A stretch of 64,000 nt of DNA from an uncultured Acidobacteriota bacterium (lineage in GTDB: Bacteria; Acidobacteriota; JAQAZP01): positions 2,624,001-2,688,000 of the forward strand of contig CAWIIB010000009.1 of assembly GCA_963836075.1 (NCBI GenBank). Direction: 5' to 3'. The notes under the pieces were generated by a model, which saw only the letters and a program-made list of their open reading frames with translations, searched no databases and was not told the DNA's origin. Positions 1-10,493 of this stretch are shown here, piece after piece. A program made the position numbers and the translations under genes. Each line of letters opens with the position of its first letter. The stretch's first letter is position 1.

Positions 1-224
1 GCATCGTGGTCAGTGACGCGATGGACAAGACTGTGGTGGTGGAAGTGGAGCGGCGCAACCCGCACCCCGTCTACAACCGGATCGTCAGGCGGTCCAACCG
101 TTTCATGTGCCACGACGAAGAGAATGCATGCCAGGCCGGTGACAAGGTCCGGATCATCGAGTCGCGGCCATTGAGCAAGCGGAAGCGGTGGCGGGTCAAG
201 GAAATCGTTGCCAAGGCCCGCTAG
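1..224 (+). CDS. rpsQ: 30S ribosomal protein S17 (5' partial)
   Basis: [11 protein letters not shown]...[25 protein letters not shown]; precedes rplN. Confidence 0.97.
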   Translation, partial: IVVSDAMDKTVVVEVERRNPHPVYNRIVRRSNRFMCHDEENACQAGDKVRIIESRPLSKRKRWRVKEIVAKAR

Positions 225-284
225 GTCCGCCGGTCAGTGCAGACTCTCCGCCCTGCGGGGACTTGGGAGAGGCGTGAGGATGCC

Positions 285-653
285 ATGATTCAGATGGGAA
301 CCATACTCAAGGTCGCGGACAACTCCGGGGCCAAGCGGATCGCCTGCATCAAGCTCAAGGGGAGTTCGGTGGGCCAGACCGGAACGCTCGGTGACGTGAT
401 CACGGCCAGTGTCAAGGAATCCGCCCCCAACGCGGCGGTGAAAAAGGGCACGGTGGTCAGGGCGGTGATCGTTCGCACGGCGAAGGAACACCGCCGGCGG
501 GACGGAAGCTACATCCGCTTCGACAACAATTCCGCGGTACTGATCAACGATGCCGGCGAGCCCGTGGGCACCCGCGTTTTCGGCCCGGTGGGCCGCGAGC
601 TGCGGGAGAAGAAGTTCATGAAGATCATCTCCCTGGCCCCCGAGGTGCTCTAA
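285..653 (+). CDS. rplN: 50S ribosomal protein L14
   Basis: [17 protein letters not shown]...[10 protein letters not shown]; 122 aa from ATG 285 after GAGGA. Confidence 0.98.
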   Translation: MIQMGTILKVADNSGAKRIACIKLKGSSVGQTGTLGDVITASVKESAPNAAVKKGTVVRAVIVRTAKEHRRRDGSYIRFDNNSAVLINDAGEPVGTRVFGPVGRELREKKFMKIISLAPEVL

Positions 654-667
654 CGGAGTGAAGATCG

Positions 668-1003
668 ATGGCTATTCAGAGATGCCACATTCGCAAGAAC
701 GACATGGTCAAGGTTCTCTCCGGTAAGGACCGGGGGAAGACCGGCAAGGTGCTCAAGGTCCTGCCGGCCAAGAACCGGGTGGTGGTGGAGAATATCAACT
801 TCATCAAACGGCATACCAGGGCCAACCCCTCGAAGAACGTCCAGGGAGGGGTTCTGGAGAAGGAACTGCCCATCGTCGCTTCAAACCTGATCGTTATCTG
901 TCCGGAGTGCAGCGCGCCGACACGGGTCGGCCACCGGCACCTCGAGGACGGAAAGAGCGTGCGGGTTTGCAAAAAGTGCGACGGGGTGATTGACAAGCTG
1001 TGA
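668..1003 (+). CDS. rplX: 50S ribosomal protein L24
   Basis: KOW motif VKVLSGKDRGKTGKV; spc operon order. Confidence 0.97.
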   Translation: MAIQRCHIRKNDMVKVLSGKDRGKTGKVLKVLPAKNRVVVENINFIKRHTRANPSKNVQGGVLEKELPIVASNLIVICPECSAPTRVGHRHLEDGKSVRVCKKCDGVIDKL

Positions 1004-1065
1004 CCGGCGGGAGCCGACACCTCGGCCGCGGGCGGCCGTGATCGGCTCACCTCCCGGAGGACGCT

Positions 1066-1605
1066 ATGGTACGATTGAAGGAAAAATACAAGAGTGACGT
1101 GATCCCGCAGCTCGAGAAGGAGTTCGAGTACGGGAACGTCAACGCCATTCCCCGGCTGGTGAAGATCAACGTCAACATGGGTGTGGGTGACGCGATCCAG
1201 AACGCCAAGGTTCTCGACTCCGCCGGTGAGCAACTTGCGGCGATCACCGGGCAGAAGGCGGCGGTGCGCCGCGCCCGGAAATCCATCGCCGCCTTCAAAC
1301 TCCGCGAGGGGATGCCGGTGGGGCTGACCGTCACCCTGCGCGGCGACCGGATGTGGGAGTTCCTCGACCGGTTGATCGCCATCGCCCTGCCCCGCGTGCG
1401 CGATTTCCGTGGCATTTCGAGCAAGGCCTTTGACGGCCGGGGCAATTACACTCTGGGGCTCAAGGACCAGCTGATCTTCCCCGAGATCAACTACGCCAAG
1501 GTGGAGCAGACCCGGGGGATGAACGTGACCATGGTGACCACCGCCAAAACAGACGAGGAAGCCCGGTTTCTGCTTAAGGAACTGGGCATGCCGTTCGCCG
1601 GATAG
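1066..1605 (+). CDS. rplE: 50S ribosomal protein L5
   Basis: [36 protein letters not shown]. Confidence 0.98.
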   Translation: MVRLKEKYKSDVIPQLEKEFEYGNVNAIPRLVKINVNMGVGDAIQNAKVLDSAGEQLAAITGQKAAVRRARKSIAAFKLREGMPVGLTVTLRGDRMWEFLDRLIAIALPRVRDFRGISSKAFDGRGNYTLGLKDQLIFPEINYAKVEQTRGMNVTMVTTAKTDEEARFLLKELGMPFAG

Positions 1606-1616
1606 GGAGAAGCCAC

Positions 1617-1799
1617 GTGGCAAGAAAAGCTCTGATCGCCAAATCGAAGAGACGGCCCCGGTTCACGGTGCGGCACCGCAATCGTTGTCAGATTTGCGGC
1701 CGCCCCCGCGGATACATGAGGAAATTCGAAATCTGCAGGCTGTGCTTTCGCAAGCTGGCCCTGCAGGGAGAAATTCCGGGGATCATCAAATCGAGCTGA
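1617..1799 (+). CDS. rpsN: 30S ribosomal protein S14, short Zn-binding type
   Basis: GTG start; RCQICGRPRG...ICRLCFR; lacks the usual terminal Trp. Confidence 0.95.
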   Translation: MARKALIAKSKRRPRFTVRHRNRCQICGRPRGYMRKFEICRLCFRKLALQGEIPGIIKSS

Positions 1800-1873
1800 G
1801 TCCGGCGGGGGAGCGGCCGGCAGACTGGCTTCCCACGGCGGGCCGTGACGATTATTATTCCAGGAGAGTTGTG

Positions 1874-2275
1874 ATGACCATGACCGATCCCATTGCGGAT
1901 TTCCTGACCCGGATTCGCAACGCCATCATGGCGGGCCACCAGAAGGTGGAGATGCCCCTGTCCCGGACAAAGGAACAGTTGTCCGTCATCCTCAAGGAGG
2001 AGGGCTATGTCAACGGTTTCGAGACCCTGAGACCCGAGGACGGGCACCCCTCGCTGAGGGTCTTCCTCAAGTACGGGCCGGATGGTGAAAAAGTGGTCAA
2101 CGGACTGGAGCGGGTGAGCAAGCCCGGATGCCGTGTCTACGTGGGGAGCAAGGATATCCCCGAGGTGCTCGGCGGCATGGGAATCAACATCCTCACTACC
2201 TCTCGCGGGTTGATGACCGGGGCCCGGGCCCGGAGCGAATCCCTCGGGGGAGAGGTTCTGTGCAACGTTTGGTGA
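1874..2275 (+). CDS. rpsH: 30S ribosomal protein S8
   Basis: MTMTDPIADFLTRIRNA...GGEVLCNVW; SD AGGAG. Confidence 0.98.
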   Translation: MTMTDPIADFLTRIRNAIMAGHQKVEMPLSRTKEQLSVILKEEGYVNGFETLRPEDGHPSLRVFLKYGPDGEKVVNGLERVSKPGCRVYVGSKDIPEVLGGMGINILTTSRGLMTGARARSESLGGEVLCNVW

Positions 2276-2346
2276 TGCGGGCGAACGGGATTCCGGCGAT
2301 CCGCCCGAGTTCCGGTACCCCGATCGGCCAGAGGAGATAGCGGTCA

Positions 2347-2889
2347 ATGTCCAGAGTGGGAAAGAAACCGATTCCCGTGCCCTCCGGGGTCACGGTGACC
2401 ATTGAGCCCGGGTCCGTGCACGTCAAGGGCCCCAAGGGCGAGCTGACCACGGCGGTGATAAAGGGCGTCACCGTGGAGCAGGAGAACGGCAATATCCTGG
2501 TCAAGCGGGGCGACGACTCCAAGGAGCAGCGGTCGTTTCACGGCCTGGTGCGCGCTCTGGTGGCCAACACGGTCAAGGGTGTCTCCGAGGGGTTCAAGAA
2601 GGAGCTGACCATCGTTGGCATCGGCTACAAGGCGGTGGTCGAGGGGAAGGACAAGGTGGTTTTCCACCTCGGCTATTCCCACACCATCGACTTTCCCGTC
2701 CCGGACGGCATCAGCATCTCCGTGGACAAGAAGCAGACCGCCGTGGTGGTGGAAGGGATCGACCGCCAGCAGGTGGGTCAGGTGGCCGCCGAAATCCGCG
2801 CCCTGCGCAAACCCGAGCCTTACAAGGGCAAGGGGGTTCGCTACGCGGATGAGGTGGTGAAACGGAAGCAGGGCAAGACCAGCGCCTGA
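2347..2889 (+). CDS. rplF: 50S ribosomal protein L6
   Basis: MSRVGKKPI...RKPEPYKGKGVRY. Confidence 0.98.
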   Translation: MSRVGKKPIPVPSGVTVTIEPGSVHVKGPKGELTTAVIKGVTVEQENGNILVKRGDDSKEQRSFHGLVRALVANTVKGVSEGFKKELTIVGIGYKAVVEGKDKVVFHLGYSHTIDFPVPDGISISVDKKQTAVVVEGIDRQQVGQVAAEIRALRKPEPYKGKGVRYADEVVKRKQGKTSA

Positions 2890-2932
2890 TCGGGCCGGCA
2901 ACGGCCGGGTGGAACAACCGGACGAGGGGAAG

Positions 2933-3304
2933 ATGAGCGAGAAAAAAAGCCGGAAGGAAAAGCGGGTCAAGATCCGGCGGCGGATCCGGGCCACGGTGGT
3001 CGGCTCCGACAGCCGGCCGCGGCTTTCCGTATACCGCAGCCTGAAACAGATCTATGTCCAGGCTATCGACGACCAGAAGGGGGCCACGTTGCTCGCCGTC
3101 TCGTCGATGGACAAGGAGATCAAGGCCAAGAGCGGCAACAAGGGCGGAAATATCGAGGCCTCCAAACTGGTGGGCCAGCAGGCCGCGGCCCGCCTGAAGG
3201 AGTTGGGCATCGAGAGGTGTGTCTTCGACCGCGGCGGCTGGCGCTACCACGGCCGCATCAAAGCCCTGGCTGAAGCGATCCGCGAAGGCGGGATCATCAT
3301 CTGA
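2933..3304 (+). CDS. rplR: 50S ribosomal protein L18
   Basis: [35 protein letters not shown]. Confidence 0.97.
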   Translation: MSEKKSRKEKRVKIRRRIRATVVGSDSRPRLSVYRSLKQIYVQAIDDQKGATLLAVSSMDKEIKAKSGNKGGNIEASKLVGQQAAARLKELGIERCVFDRGGWRYHGRIKALAEAIREGGIII

Positions 3305-3327
3305 CGCCGGGGGGAAGAGGGAACAGC

Positions 3328-3864
3328 GTGGACAGAGACAGAGATCGAAACAGAGGAAGAGGCCGGGGCCGGGATCGAGATGCCGGCGACCAGGAATTCA
3401 AGGACCAGGTGGTCTACATCAACCGGGTCACCAAGGTGGTGAAGGGTGGTAAGAACTTCAGCTTCAGCGCCCTGGTGGTGGTTGGTGACGGCAAGGGCCG
3501 GGTGGGCTTCGGCAAGGGCAAGGCCCGGGAAGTGCCGCTGGCCATCCGCAAGGGGATCGAGGCGGCGAAGAAGAACCTGATCAAGGTCCCGATGAAGGGG
3601 ACTACCGTGACCCACAAGATCGTCGGGCGTTTCGGTTCCGGGCAGGTGCTGCTCAAGCCGGCTCCCGAGGGCACGGGCGTCATCGCCGGCGGTCCGGTGC
3701 GCGCGGTGCTGGAAACCGCCGGGATCACCGATATCCTCACCAAGTCTCTGGGCACGGCAAACCCCTTCAATGTTGTGCGGGCCACTTTCGACGGTTTGAG
3801 CCGTCTGAAGGATCCGGCTGTGGTGAGCCGGCTGCGCGGCGTTGAACTGGCGATCAAGGAATAG
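3328..3864 (+). CDS. rpsE: 30S ribosomal protein S5
   Basis: [35 protein letters not shown]; RD/RG-rich N-tail. Confidence 0.98.
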   Translation: MDRDRDRNRGRGRGRDRDAGDQEFKDQVVYINRVTKVVKGGKNFSFSALVVVGDGKGRVGFGKGKAREVPLAIRKGIEAAKKNLIKVPMKGTTVTHKIVGRFGSGQVLLKPAPEGTGVIAGGPVRAVLETAGITDILTKSLGTANPFNVVRATFDGLSRLKDPAVVSRLRGVELAIKE

Positions 3865-3875
3865 GGCGGAAAGCG

Positions 3876-4079
3876 ATGAGCGCGACCGAAAAAAAGAAAG
3901 AGATGGTCCTGCAGTATTACCGGAGCAGCATCGGCAGGCCGGAGAAGCAGCGCAAGGTGCTGGCCGGTCTGGGATTCCGCAAGCTGAACCAGGTGATTCA
4001 GATTCAGGATACCCCCGAGATCCGCGGCATGGTGGCGAAGATTCCCCACCTGGTCCGGATCGTTGATGATAACGCGTAG
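3876..4079 (+). CDS. rpmD: 50S ribosomal protein L30
   Basis: RSSIGR...LGFRKLNQ...DTPEIRGMVAKIPHLV. Confidence 0.96.
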   Translation: MSATEKKKEMVLQYYRSSIGRPEKQRKVLAGLGFRKLNQVIQIQDTPEIRGMVAKIPHLVRIVDDNA

Positions 4080-4135
4080 CCTGATCGCGGCGGCGTCGCC
4101 GACGGAGCGGGCACGGACAGGGATTGGAAAAGATC

Positions 4136-4582
4136 ATGAAGCTTCACGACCTCAAACCGGCGGAAGGCTCCACCAGGAATCGCAAGCGTTTGGGCCGCGG
4201 TCCGGGTTCCGGTACCGGCAAGACGGCCGGCCGGGGACACAAGGGGCAGAAATCCCGCTCCGGCTACTCGAGGAAACGCGGCTTCGAGGGCGGGCAGATG
4301 CCGCTGGTCCGGCGGGTGCCCAAGCGCGGGTTCACCAACATTTTCCGCAAGGAATACGCCTGTGTGAACCTGGAGACCCTGAACCGTTTCGAGGAAGGCA
4401 CGGAAATCAGTCCGGCCCAGTTGCTGAAGAGCGGTGTGATCAGGAAGCTCAAGGCCGGAGTGAAAATCCTCGGCCGCGGCGAGTTGAACCACCCGTTGAC
4501 CATCAAGGCCCACCGCTTCAGTGAAACGGCCGTCGAGAAGATCAAGAAAGCCGGCGGAACAATCGAGGAGATCGACAAGTGA
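4136..4582 (+). CDS. rplO: 50S ribosomal protein L15
   Basis: [34 protein letters not shown]. Confidence 0.98.
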   Translation: MKLHDLKPAEGSTRNRKRLGRGPGSGTGKTAGRGHKGQKSRSGYSRKRGFEGGQMPLVRRVPKRGFTNIFRKEYACVNLETLNRFEEGTEISPAQLLKSGVIRKLKAGVKILGRGELNHPLTIKAHRFSETAVEKIKKAGGTIEEIDK

Positions 4583-5961
4583 TCGATAGCCTGAGGAACA
4601 TTTTCCATATTCCCGATCTCAGGCGGCGAGTGCTGTTCATGTTTGGCCTGCTCGCCGTGTACCGTGTGGGTGCGTTCATTCCCACTCCCGGTATCAACGG
4701 CATGGCCCTGTCCGAGTTTTTCACGGCGGCCCAGGGCGGTTTTCTCGGATTTCTCAACATGTTCTCCGGCGGTGCGCTGGCCCAGATGACCATCTTCGCC
4801 CTGGGGATCATGCCCTACATCAGCGCATCGATCATCCTGCAGCTGCTGACCGTGGTCTGGCCCTATCTGGAGCGGCTGTCCAAGGAAGGCGAGGCGGGGC
4901 GGAAGAAGATCACCCAGTACACCCGTTACGGAACGGTGGTGCTCAGTGTGATCCAGTCCTTCGGCATCTCCCTCGGCCTCGAGGGCTTGCAGGCGCCCAG
5001 CGGCGCGATGGTCGTGGCCGGCGGCGGCTGGGGCTTCCGGCTGATGACCGTGCTGACCCTGACCACCGGCACCGCCTTTATCATGTGGCTCGGTGAGCAG
5101 ATCTCCGAGCGGGGCATCGGCAACGGCATTTCGCTGATCATTTTCGCCGGCATCGTGGTGGGGATCCCCAACGCGATCATCGGCATGGTCCAGGGGCTGA
5201 TAAGCGGTGAGATGTCCATCTTCACCATTATCGGGCTGCTGATCCTGATGGTGGTGGTGGTGGGAGTGATCGTATTTGTGGAGCGCGGGCAGCGCCGGAT
5301 CCCGGTGCAATACGCCAAGCGCGTGGTGGGCCGGCGGATGTATGGCGGGCAGAGCACGCACCTGCCGCTGCGGGTCAACACCGGCGGCGTGATCCCGGTG
5401 ATCTTCGCCTCGTCGATCATCACCATTCCGGCCACCATCGCCCAGTTCATCAATATCGACTTCATCCAGGCCATCTCGCGGCAGCTGGCTTTCGGCATGC
5501 CGCTCTACAACCTGCTCTATGTGGTGTCGATCATCTTCTTCTGTTACTTCTACACGTCGATCATCTTCAACCCGGTGGACACCGCCGACAACCTGAAGAA
5601 GCACGGCGGGTATATTCCCGGTATTCGCCCGGGCAAGCGGACGGCGGAATACATCGACCGCCTGCTCTCCCGGATCACCTTTGGCGGAGCGCTCTACCTG
5701 GCCGCGGTGGCCATTCTGCCCACGTTCCTGATTTCGGGTTTCAACGTGGCGCCGATCCCGGGCATCGGCCCGATACTGGACAGCTGGCTGCCCAAATTCA
5801 TCACCGAGGGCTTCGGCATCAACTTCTACTTTGGCGGAACATCGCTGCTCATCGTGGTCGGCGTGGCCATGGATACGGTCCAGCAGATCGAAGCGCAGCT
5901 GATTATGCGGCACTACGACGGGTTCATGAAGAAGGGGCGCCTGCGGGGCCGCCGGGGCTAG
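4579..5961 (+). CDS. secY: Preprotein translocase subunit SecY
   Basis: [41 protein letters not shown]. Confidence 0.98.
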   Translation: MIDSLRNIFHIPDLRRRVLFMFGLLAVYRVGAFIPTPGINGMALSEFFTAAQGGFLGFLNMFSGGALAQMTIFALGIMPYISASIILQLLTVVWPYLERLSKEGEAGRKKITQYTRYGTVVLSVIQSFGISLGLEGLQAPSGAMVVAGGGWGFRLMTVLTLTTGTAFIMWLGEQISERGIGNGISLIIFAGIVVGIPNAIIGMVQGLISGEMSIFTIIGLLILMVVVVGVIVFVERGQRRIPVQYAKRVVGRRMYGGQSTHLPLRVNTGGVIPVIFASSIITIPATIAQFINIDFIQAISRQLAFGMPLYNLLYVVSIIFFCYFYTSIIFNPVDTADNLKKHGGYIPGIRPGKRTAEYIDRLLSRITFGGALYLAAVAILPTFLISGFNVAPIPGIGPILDSWLPKFITEGFGINFYFGGTSLLIVVGVAMDTVQQIEAQLIMRHYDGFMKKGRLRGRRG

Positions 5962-5976
5962 CCGGGCGAGAAAATA

Positions 5977-6768
5977 ATGGGACCGGGCTCTGATCGAATC
6001 GAGTTGAAGTCAGGACGGGAGATCGAGATACTGCACCGGGCCAACGGAATGGTTCTGGCCATTCTCGAGGAGCTGAAAAGCATGGCGCTTCCCGGGATCA
6101 GCACCGGGGAGCTTGACCGTTACGCCGAGCAGGCGATCCGCGACCGCGGCGGCGAACCGGCGTTCAAGGGCTACCGGGGGTTCCCCGCGACGCTCTGCAC
6201 GTCGATCAACGACGAAGTGGTTCACGGCATACCGTCGGCGAGCCGGGTCCTCGAAGACGGGGACATCGTCAGCCTTGACCTGGGGGTCAAGCTGGAAGGG
6301 TTTTATGGAGATTCGGCGATCACGGTAGCCGTGGGCGCCGTCTCCGCGGAAAAGATGCGGCTGATGGAGGTGACCCGGGAAGCGCTGGTCAGGGGGATCC
6401 GCGCGATGAAGAACGGGGCGCCCATGGGGCTGATGTCCCACGCGATCCAGCATCACGCGGAGGGTCACGGCTTCTCCATGGTCCGCGAGTTCGTCGGCCA
6501 CGGTATCGGCCGGCAGCCCCACGAGGAGCCGGCGGTCCCCAATTACGTGGACGGCGACCCGAACAGCGGCCTGGTGTTGAAGAGCGGAATGGTGCTGGCC
6601 GTGGAGCCGATGGTCAACGCCGGTTTGCCAGAGGTGCGGATCGCCCGGGACGGATGGACGGCGCAGACCAGAGATGGTCGCCCGTCAGCCCATTTTGAAT
6701 ATTCGGTCGCGGTGACCGATGACGGTCCCAGAATTCTGGGGCTGGAGCTTTCCCCGGAGGGGAGTTAA
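5977..6768 (+). CDS. map: Methionine aminopeptidase type I
   Basis: CTSINDEVVHGIP, GHGIG..HEEP, AVEPMVN, SAHFE. Confidence 0.97.
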   Translation: MGPGSDRIELKSGREIEILHRANGMVLAILEELKSMALPGISTGELDRYAEQAIRDRGGEPAFKGYRGFPATLCTSINDEVVHGIPSASRVLEDGDIVSLDLGVKLEGFYGDSAITVAVGAVSAEKMRLMEVTREALVRGIRAMKNGAPMGLMSHAIQHHAEGHGFSMVREFVGHGIGRQPHEEPAVPNYVDGDPNSGLVLKSGMVLAVEPMVNAGLPEVRIARDGWTAQTRDGRPSAHFEYSVAVTDDGPRILGLELSPEGS

Positions 6769-6987
6769 GTGCCGAAGGAAGAGGCAATAGAAGTTAGAGC
6801 GACGGTTCTGGAGCCGCTGCCCAACGCCATGTTCAAGGTCGAACTGGAGAACAAGCACCAGGTGCTGGCCCATATTTCCGGAAGGATGCGCAAACATTTC
6901 ATTCGCATCCTGCGCGGAGACCAGGTGCTGGTGGAGCTCTCGCCCTACGACCTGACCAGGGGCAGAATCGTCTACCGGTTCAAATAG
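6769..6987 (+). CDS. infA: Translation initiation factor IF-1
   Basis: [12 protein letters not shown]...[15 protein letters not shown]. Confidence 0.98.
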   Translation: MPKEEAIEVRATVLEPLPNAMFKVELENKHQVLAHISGRMRKHFIRILRGDQVLVELSPYDLTRGRIVYRFK

Positions 6988-7105
6988 CTGCGCCCGACGG
7001 GTGGCCGGTAGGACCGTTTGAGGATCGAGGTGCCCTGATTCCGGGGTGAGACGTCTTGCCTGGCCGGCCGGGTGGCAGGCGGTCTGGTGAACGGAGGGAC
7101 GTGAA

Positions 7106-7219
7106 GTGAAAGTTCGAGCATCGGTTAAAAAAATGTGCAACAAGTGCAAGGTCCTGCGGAGAAAAGGTGTGGTCCGCGTGATCTGCAGCAACCCGAAGCA
7201 CAAGCAGCGCCAGGGTTGA
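7106..7219 (+). CDS. rpmJ: 50S ribosomal protein L36 (below ORF-track cutoff)
   Basis: Translated by hand from GTG 7106: [37 protein letters not shown]. Confidence 0.97.
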   Translation: MKVRASVKKMCNKCKVLRRKGVVRVICSNPKHKQRQG

Positions 7220-7260
7220 CCCGTGGGTCCCCGTTGGATGAGCTGACTGGAGGTTGAAAA

Positions 7261-7629
7261 GTGGCCCGTATCGCAGGAGTTGACTTACCGCAGACCAAGC
7301 GGGTTGAGATCGCTCTGACCTACATCCATGGCATCGGCCGCACCCGTTCGGGCAAGATCCTGGAGAAGGCGGGAGTGGACCTGAACACCAAGGTCAAGGA
7401 CCTTTCCGAGGACGAGACCACCCGGATCCGTAAAGTGATCCAGGACGAAGGGCGGGTCGAGGGGGATCTGCGCAAGGACGTCTCGATGAACCTCAAGCGG
7501 CTGATGGAGATCGGCTGCTACCGGGGTATTCGGCACCGTCGCTCGATGCCGGTGAGAGGACAGAACACGCACAACAACGCTCGCAGCCGCCGGGGACCCA
7601 GGCGTTCGGCCACCGGCCGGAAGAAGTAG
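7261..7629 (+). CDS. rpsM: 30S ribosomal protein S13
   Basis: [31 protein letters not shown]. Confidence 0.98.
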   Translation: MARIAGVDLPQTKRVEIALTYIHGIGRTRSGKILEKAGVDLNTKVKDLSEDETTRIRKVIQDEGRVEGDLRKDVSMNLKRLMEIGCYRGIRHRRSMPVRGQNTHNNARSRRGPRRSATGRKK

Positions 7630-7693
7630 CCCCGGTATATCGAGAGGCGTCTGCGGGATTTGAAACCCGTTGGCGCCGGGGAGAAAGAAGGAA

Positions 7694-8101
7694 ATGGCCA
7701 AAGGTAAACGCGTTGGAGCGCGCAGGCGGGGCGGAAAACGGCAGGAGAAGAAGCACGTCCCGAACGCCGTGGCCCACATTCAGGCCACGTTCAACAACAC
7801 GATCATCAGCATCACTGACACCAACGGGAACGTGATCAGCTGGGCCAGTGCCGGCGGCCAGGGCTTCAAGGGCTCCCGCAAGGGCACCCCCTTTGCCGCC
7901 CAGCTCGCTGCCCAGGCCGCGGGTAACGCGGCCAAGGAGCACGGTGTGGCACAGCTGGTGGTGCGGGTCAAGGGACCCGGTTCCGGTAGAGAATCCGCCA
8001 TCAGGGCGCTGCAGGCCATCGGGCTGGACATCAAGTCGATCAAGGACGTGACGCCCATCCCGCACAATGGCTGTCGGCCCCCGAAACGGCGCAGAGTCTG
8101 A
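7694..8101 (+). CDS. rpsK: 30S ribosomal protein S11
   Basis: [38 protein letters not shown]. Confidence 0.98.
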   Translation: MAKGKRVGARRRGGKRQEKKHVPNAVAHIQATFNNTIISITDTNGNVISWASAGGQGFKGSRKGTPFAAQLAAQAAGNAAKEHGVAQLVVRVKGPGSGRESAIRALQAIGLDIKSIKDVTPIPHNGCRPPKRRRV

Positions 8102-8144
8102 ACAGAACAAGGTTCTTCAACGCTGAAGAACGAGGAGGGATGGT

Positions 8145-8774
8145 TTGGGACGGTACACTGAGTCAGTCTGTCGGCTGTGCCGCCGGGAGAACACCAAGCT
8201 CTTTCTGAAGGGCGAGCGGTGTTTCACCGAGAAATGCGCCGTGGAGCGCCGTTCTTACGCTCCGGGCGAACACGGCAGGCGCCGCGGCCGTGTCCAGGGA
8301 TACGGCATCCAGCTGCGCGAGAAACAGAAAGTGAAACGGATTTACGGCCTGGGGGAGAAGCAGTTCCGGCTCTACTTCAGCCGGGCGGAGCGGCAGCAGG
8401 GCAAGACCGGCGACAATCTGCTGATCATGCTCGAACGCCGTCTGGACAACGTGGTCTACCGCTCGGGGTTTGCCTCGTCCCGCGCCCAGGCCCGCCAGCT
8501 GATCAGCCACGGCCACCTGAGGGTGGACGGGACCAAGGTCGACATCCCCTCGTTCCTGGTCAAGGGCGGACACGTGGTGGCGGTGCGCGAGAAGAGCCGC
8601 AAGAACCCCTATGTCCTGGAAGCGCTGGATATCGCCAAGAGCCGCGGATGTCCGAAGTGGCTGGATCTCGACGGTGAGAAGTTCCAGAGCACGGTCAAGG
8701 AATTGCCGCAGCGCGAGGACATCAGCACCATTCCGATCCAGGAACAGCTTATCGTGGAGCTTTACTCCAAGTAA
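8145..8774 (+). CDS. rpsD: 30S ribosomal protein S4
   Basis: TTG start after GAGGAGG; [32 protein letters not shown]. Confidence 0.97.
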   Translation: MGRYTESVCRLCRRENTKLFLKGERCFTEKCAVERRSYAPGEHGRRRGRVQGYGIQLREKQKVKRIYGLGEKQFRLYFSRAERQQGKTGDNLLIMLERRLDNVVYRSGFASSRAQARQLISHGHLRVDGTKVDIPSFLVKGGHVVAVREKSRKNPYVLEALDIAKSRGCPKWLDLDGEKFQSTVKELPQREDISTIPIQEQLIVELYSK

Positions 8775-8810
8775 GGCCGGATTTCCTCACCCTCGGGAGG
8801 GCTTGAATCG

Positions 8811-9794
8811 ATGTTATGGAAAGGGTTTCAGCGGCCGAAACGGCTGGAGTTCGACCAGGAGACACTTACCCCGACGTATGGGCGGTTCAGTGCTCAACCG
8901 TTCGAGCGGGGCTTCGGCACCACTGTGGGCAACGCTCTTCGGCGCGTGCTGCTCTCGTCAATCGAGGGCGCGGCGCTCACCGCGGTGAAAATCGAGGGTG
9001 TGCTCCACGAGTTCTCCTCGATCCCGGGTGTCGTGGAAGATACCACCAACATCATCCTCAACATGAAGCAGGTTCCGATCCTGATGCACACCGACGAGCC
9101 CAAGGTGATCACCATCAAGGCCGAGTCGAAGAAGCGCCGCGAGATCACCTCCGGTGATATCCAGTGCGATCAGGACATCGAAATCATCGATCCCGACATC
9201 CACATCGCCACCATCAGCGACGGCGGGAAGTTCGAGGCCGAGCTGGTGGTCAAGCCTGGTCGGGGCTACATCAGTGCGGACCAGAACTTCGACCCCGAAC
9301 TGCCCATCGGGTTTATCCCCCTGGATTCGGCCCATTCGCCGGTGCGCAAGGTCAACTACGTGGTGCAGGCCACCCGTCTGGGACAGACCACCGACTATGA
9401 CAGCCTGACCATGGAGATCTGGACCAACGGGACGATCATTCCCCAGGACGCGCTGTCCCTGGGGTCGATGCTGCTGCGGGACCACATGAACATCTTCCTC
9501 CGCTGCGACGAGCAGGTGGCCCAGGAAGAGGAGGCGCCGCTGAAGGTCGAAGACCTGCGCGAGGAGTTCCTGGACAAAAGCGTCGAAGAGCTGGAGCTTT
9601 CCGTCCGCTCCTACAACTGCTTGAAGAGCGCCGACATCACCACCATCCGCGACCTGGTGCAGAAGACAGAAGCGGAGATGCTGAAGACAAAGAACTTTGG
9701 GCGGAAATCGCTCAACGAAATCAAGGAAATCCTCATGGGGATGGGTCTCGGCCTGGGCATGGACCTGAGCGCGGGGCTGCCGGAAGAGGAATGA
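8811..9794 (+). CDS. rpoA: RNA polymerase alpha subunit
   Basis: [44 protein letters not shown]. Confidence 0.98.
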   Translation: MLWKGFQRPKRLEFDQETLTPTYGRFSAQPFERGFGTTVGNALRRVLLSSIEGAALTAVKIEGVLHEFSSIPGVVEDTTNIILNMKQVPILMHTDEPKVITIKAESKKRREITSGDIQCDQDIEIIDPDIHIATISDGGKFEAELVVKPGRGYISADQNFDPELPIGFIPLDSAHSPVRKVNYVVQATRLGQTTDYDSLTMEIWTNGTIIPQDALSLGSMLLRDHMNIFLRCDEQVAQEEEAPLKVEDLREEFLDKSVEELELSVRSYNCLKSADITTIRDLVQKTEAEMLKTKNFGRKSLNEIKEILMGMGLGLGMDLSAGLPEEE

Positions 9795-9826
9795 CCGGGC
9801 TACTGGCACGGTAAGGAAGAAAGACC

Positions 9827-10354
9827 ATGAGACACAGGGTTCACGGAAGAAAACTCGGCAGGACCTCCGCCCACCGCAAGGCGCTGTTCCGCAACCAGGT
9901 GACGGCGCTGATGGACAAGGAGCGGATCACCACCACCTTGATGAAAGCCAAGGAGGTTCGTCCCATCGCCGAGCGGATGATCACGCTGGCCAAGCGCGAG
10001 TCGCTGCACGCCCGGCGTCAGGTGCTGAAGACCATCCAGGACAAGACGGTGGTGAGCAAGCTTTTTGACTCCATCTCCGCACGCTATGCCGAACGGCCCG
10101 GCGGCTACACCCGTATCTACAAGCTGGGGCCCCGCAAGGGGGACTGCGCTGAAATGGCGATCCTCGAGCTGGTGGACGCCCAGGTGGTGAGCGGCAAGCG
10201 GAAAGAGGACGACAAGAAGAAGAAGAAGAAGGTCCTCACCCCCGCCGAGATCAAGGCCAAGACCGAGAAGGCCGCAGCGGAAAAGGCCAAGGAGCGGAAA
10301 AAGATCCGCGACGCCGAGCGCAAGGCGGCAGCCAAGGAAAAGAACGGCAAGTAG
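9827..10354 (+). CDS. rplQ: 50S ribosomal protein L17 with Lys/Ala-rich C-terminal extension
   Basis: [25 protein letters not shown]. Confidence 0.97.
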   Translation: MRHRVHGRKLGRTSAHRKALFRNQVTALMDKERITTTLMKAKEVRPIAERMITLAKRESLHARRQVLKTIQDKTVVSKLFDSISARYAERPGGYTRIYKLGPRKGDCAEMAILELVDAQVVSGKRKEDDKKKKKKVLTPAEIKAKTEKAAAEKAKERKKIRDAERKAAAKEKNGK

Positions 10355-10433
10355 TTTCCACTACCTGCCGGAGACGATACTGCCCGGAGGCCCTAAAACT
10401 CCGGGCGTTCGTCTGTACAGTGGGTGGCGAAGC

Positions 10434-10466
10434 AAAATAAAAGCCCCGCCGTGAGGCGGGGCTTTC
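10434..10466. terminator. Intrinsic terminator between convergent rplQ and EF-G paralogue
   Basis: AAAGCCCCGCC-gtga-GGCGGGGCTTT hairpin with a preceding A-tract (U-tract on minus strand). Confidence 0.85.
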
Positions 10467-10493
10467 GGGATTGTCGTTGGCATCAGGAGCCGT

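Noticed and set aside
1797-1799. TGA where S14 normally has a terminal Trp, hinting at UGA recoding
   Set aside because: TGG encodes Trp and TGA ends many conserved genes in this window; a small deletion or error is simpler
4264-5913. Long antisense ORFs (also 17656-19512, 22533-24305, 40350-42473, 57862-60384)
   Set aside because: Shadow frames of well-supported genes in high-GC DNA; no motifs
9804-9819. TGGCACG upstream of rplQ as a sigma54 promoter
   Set aside because: No -12 TTGC element
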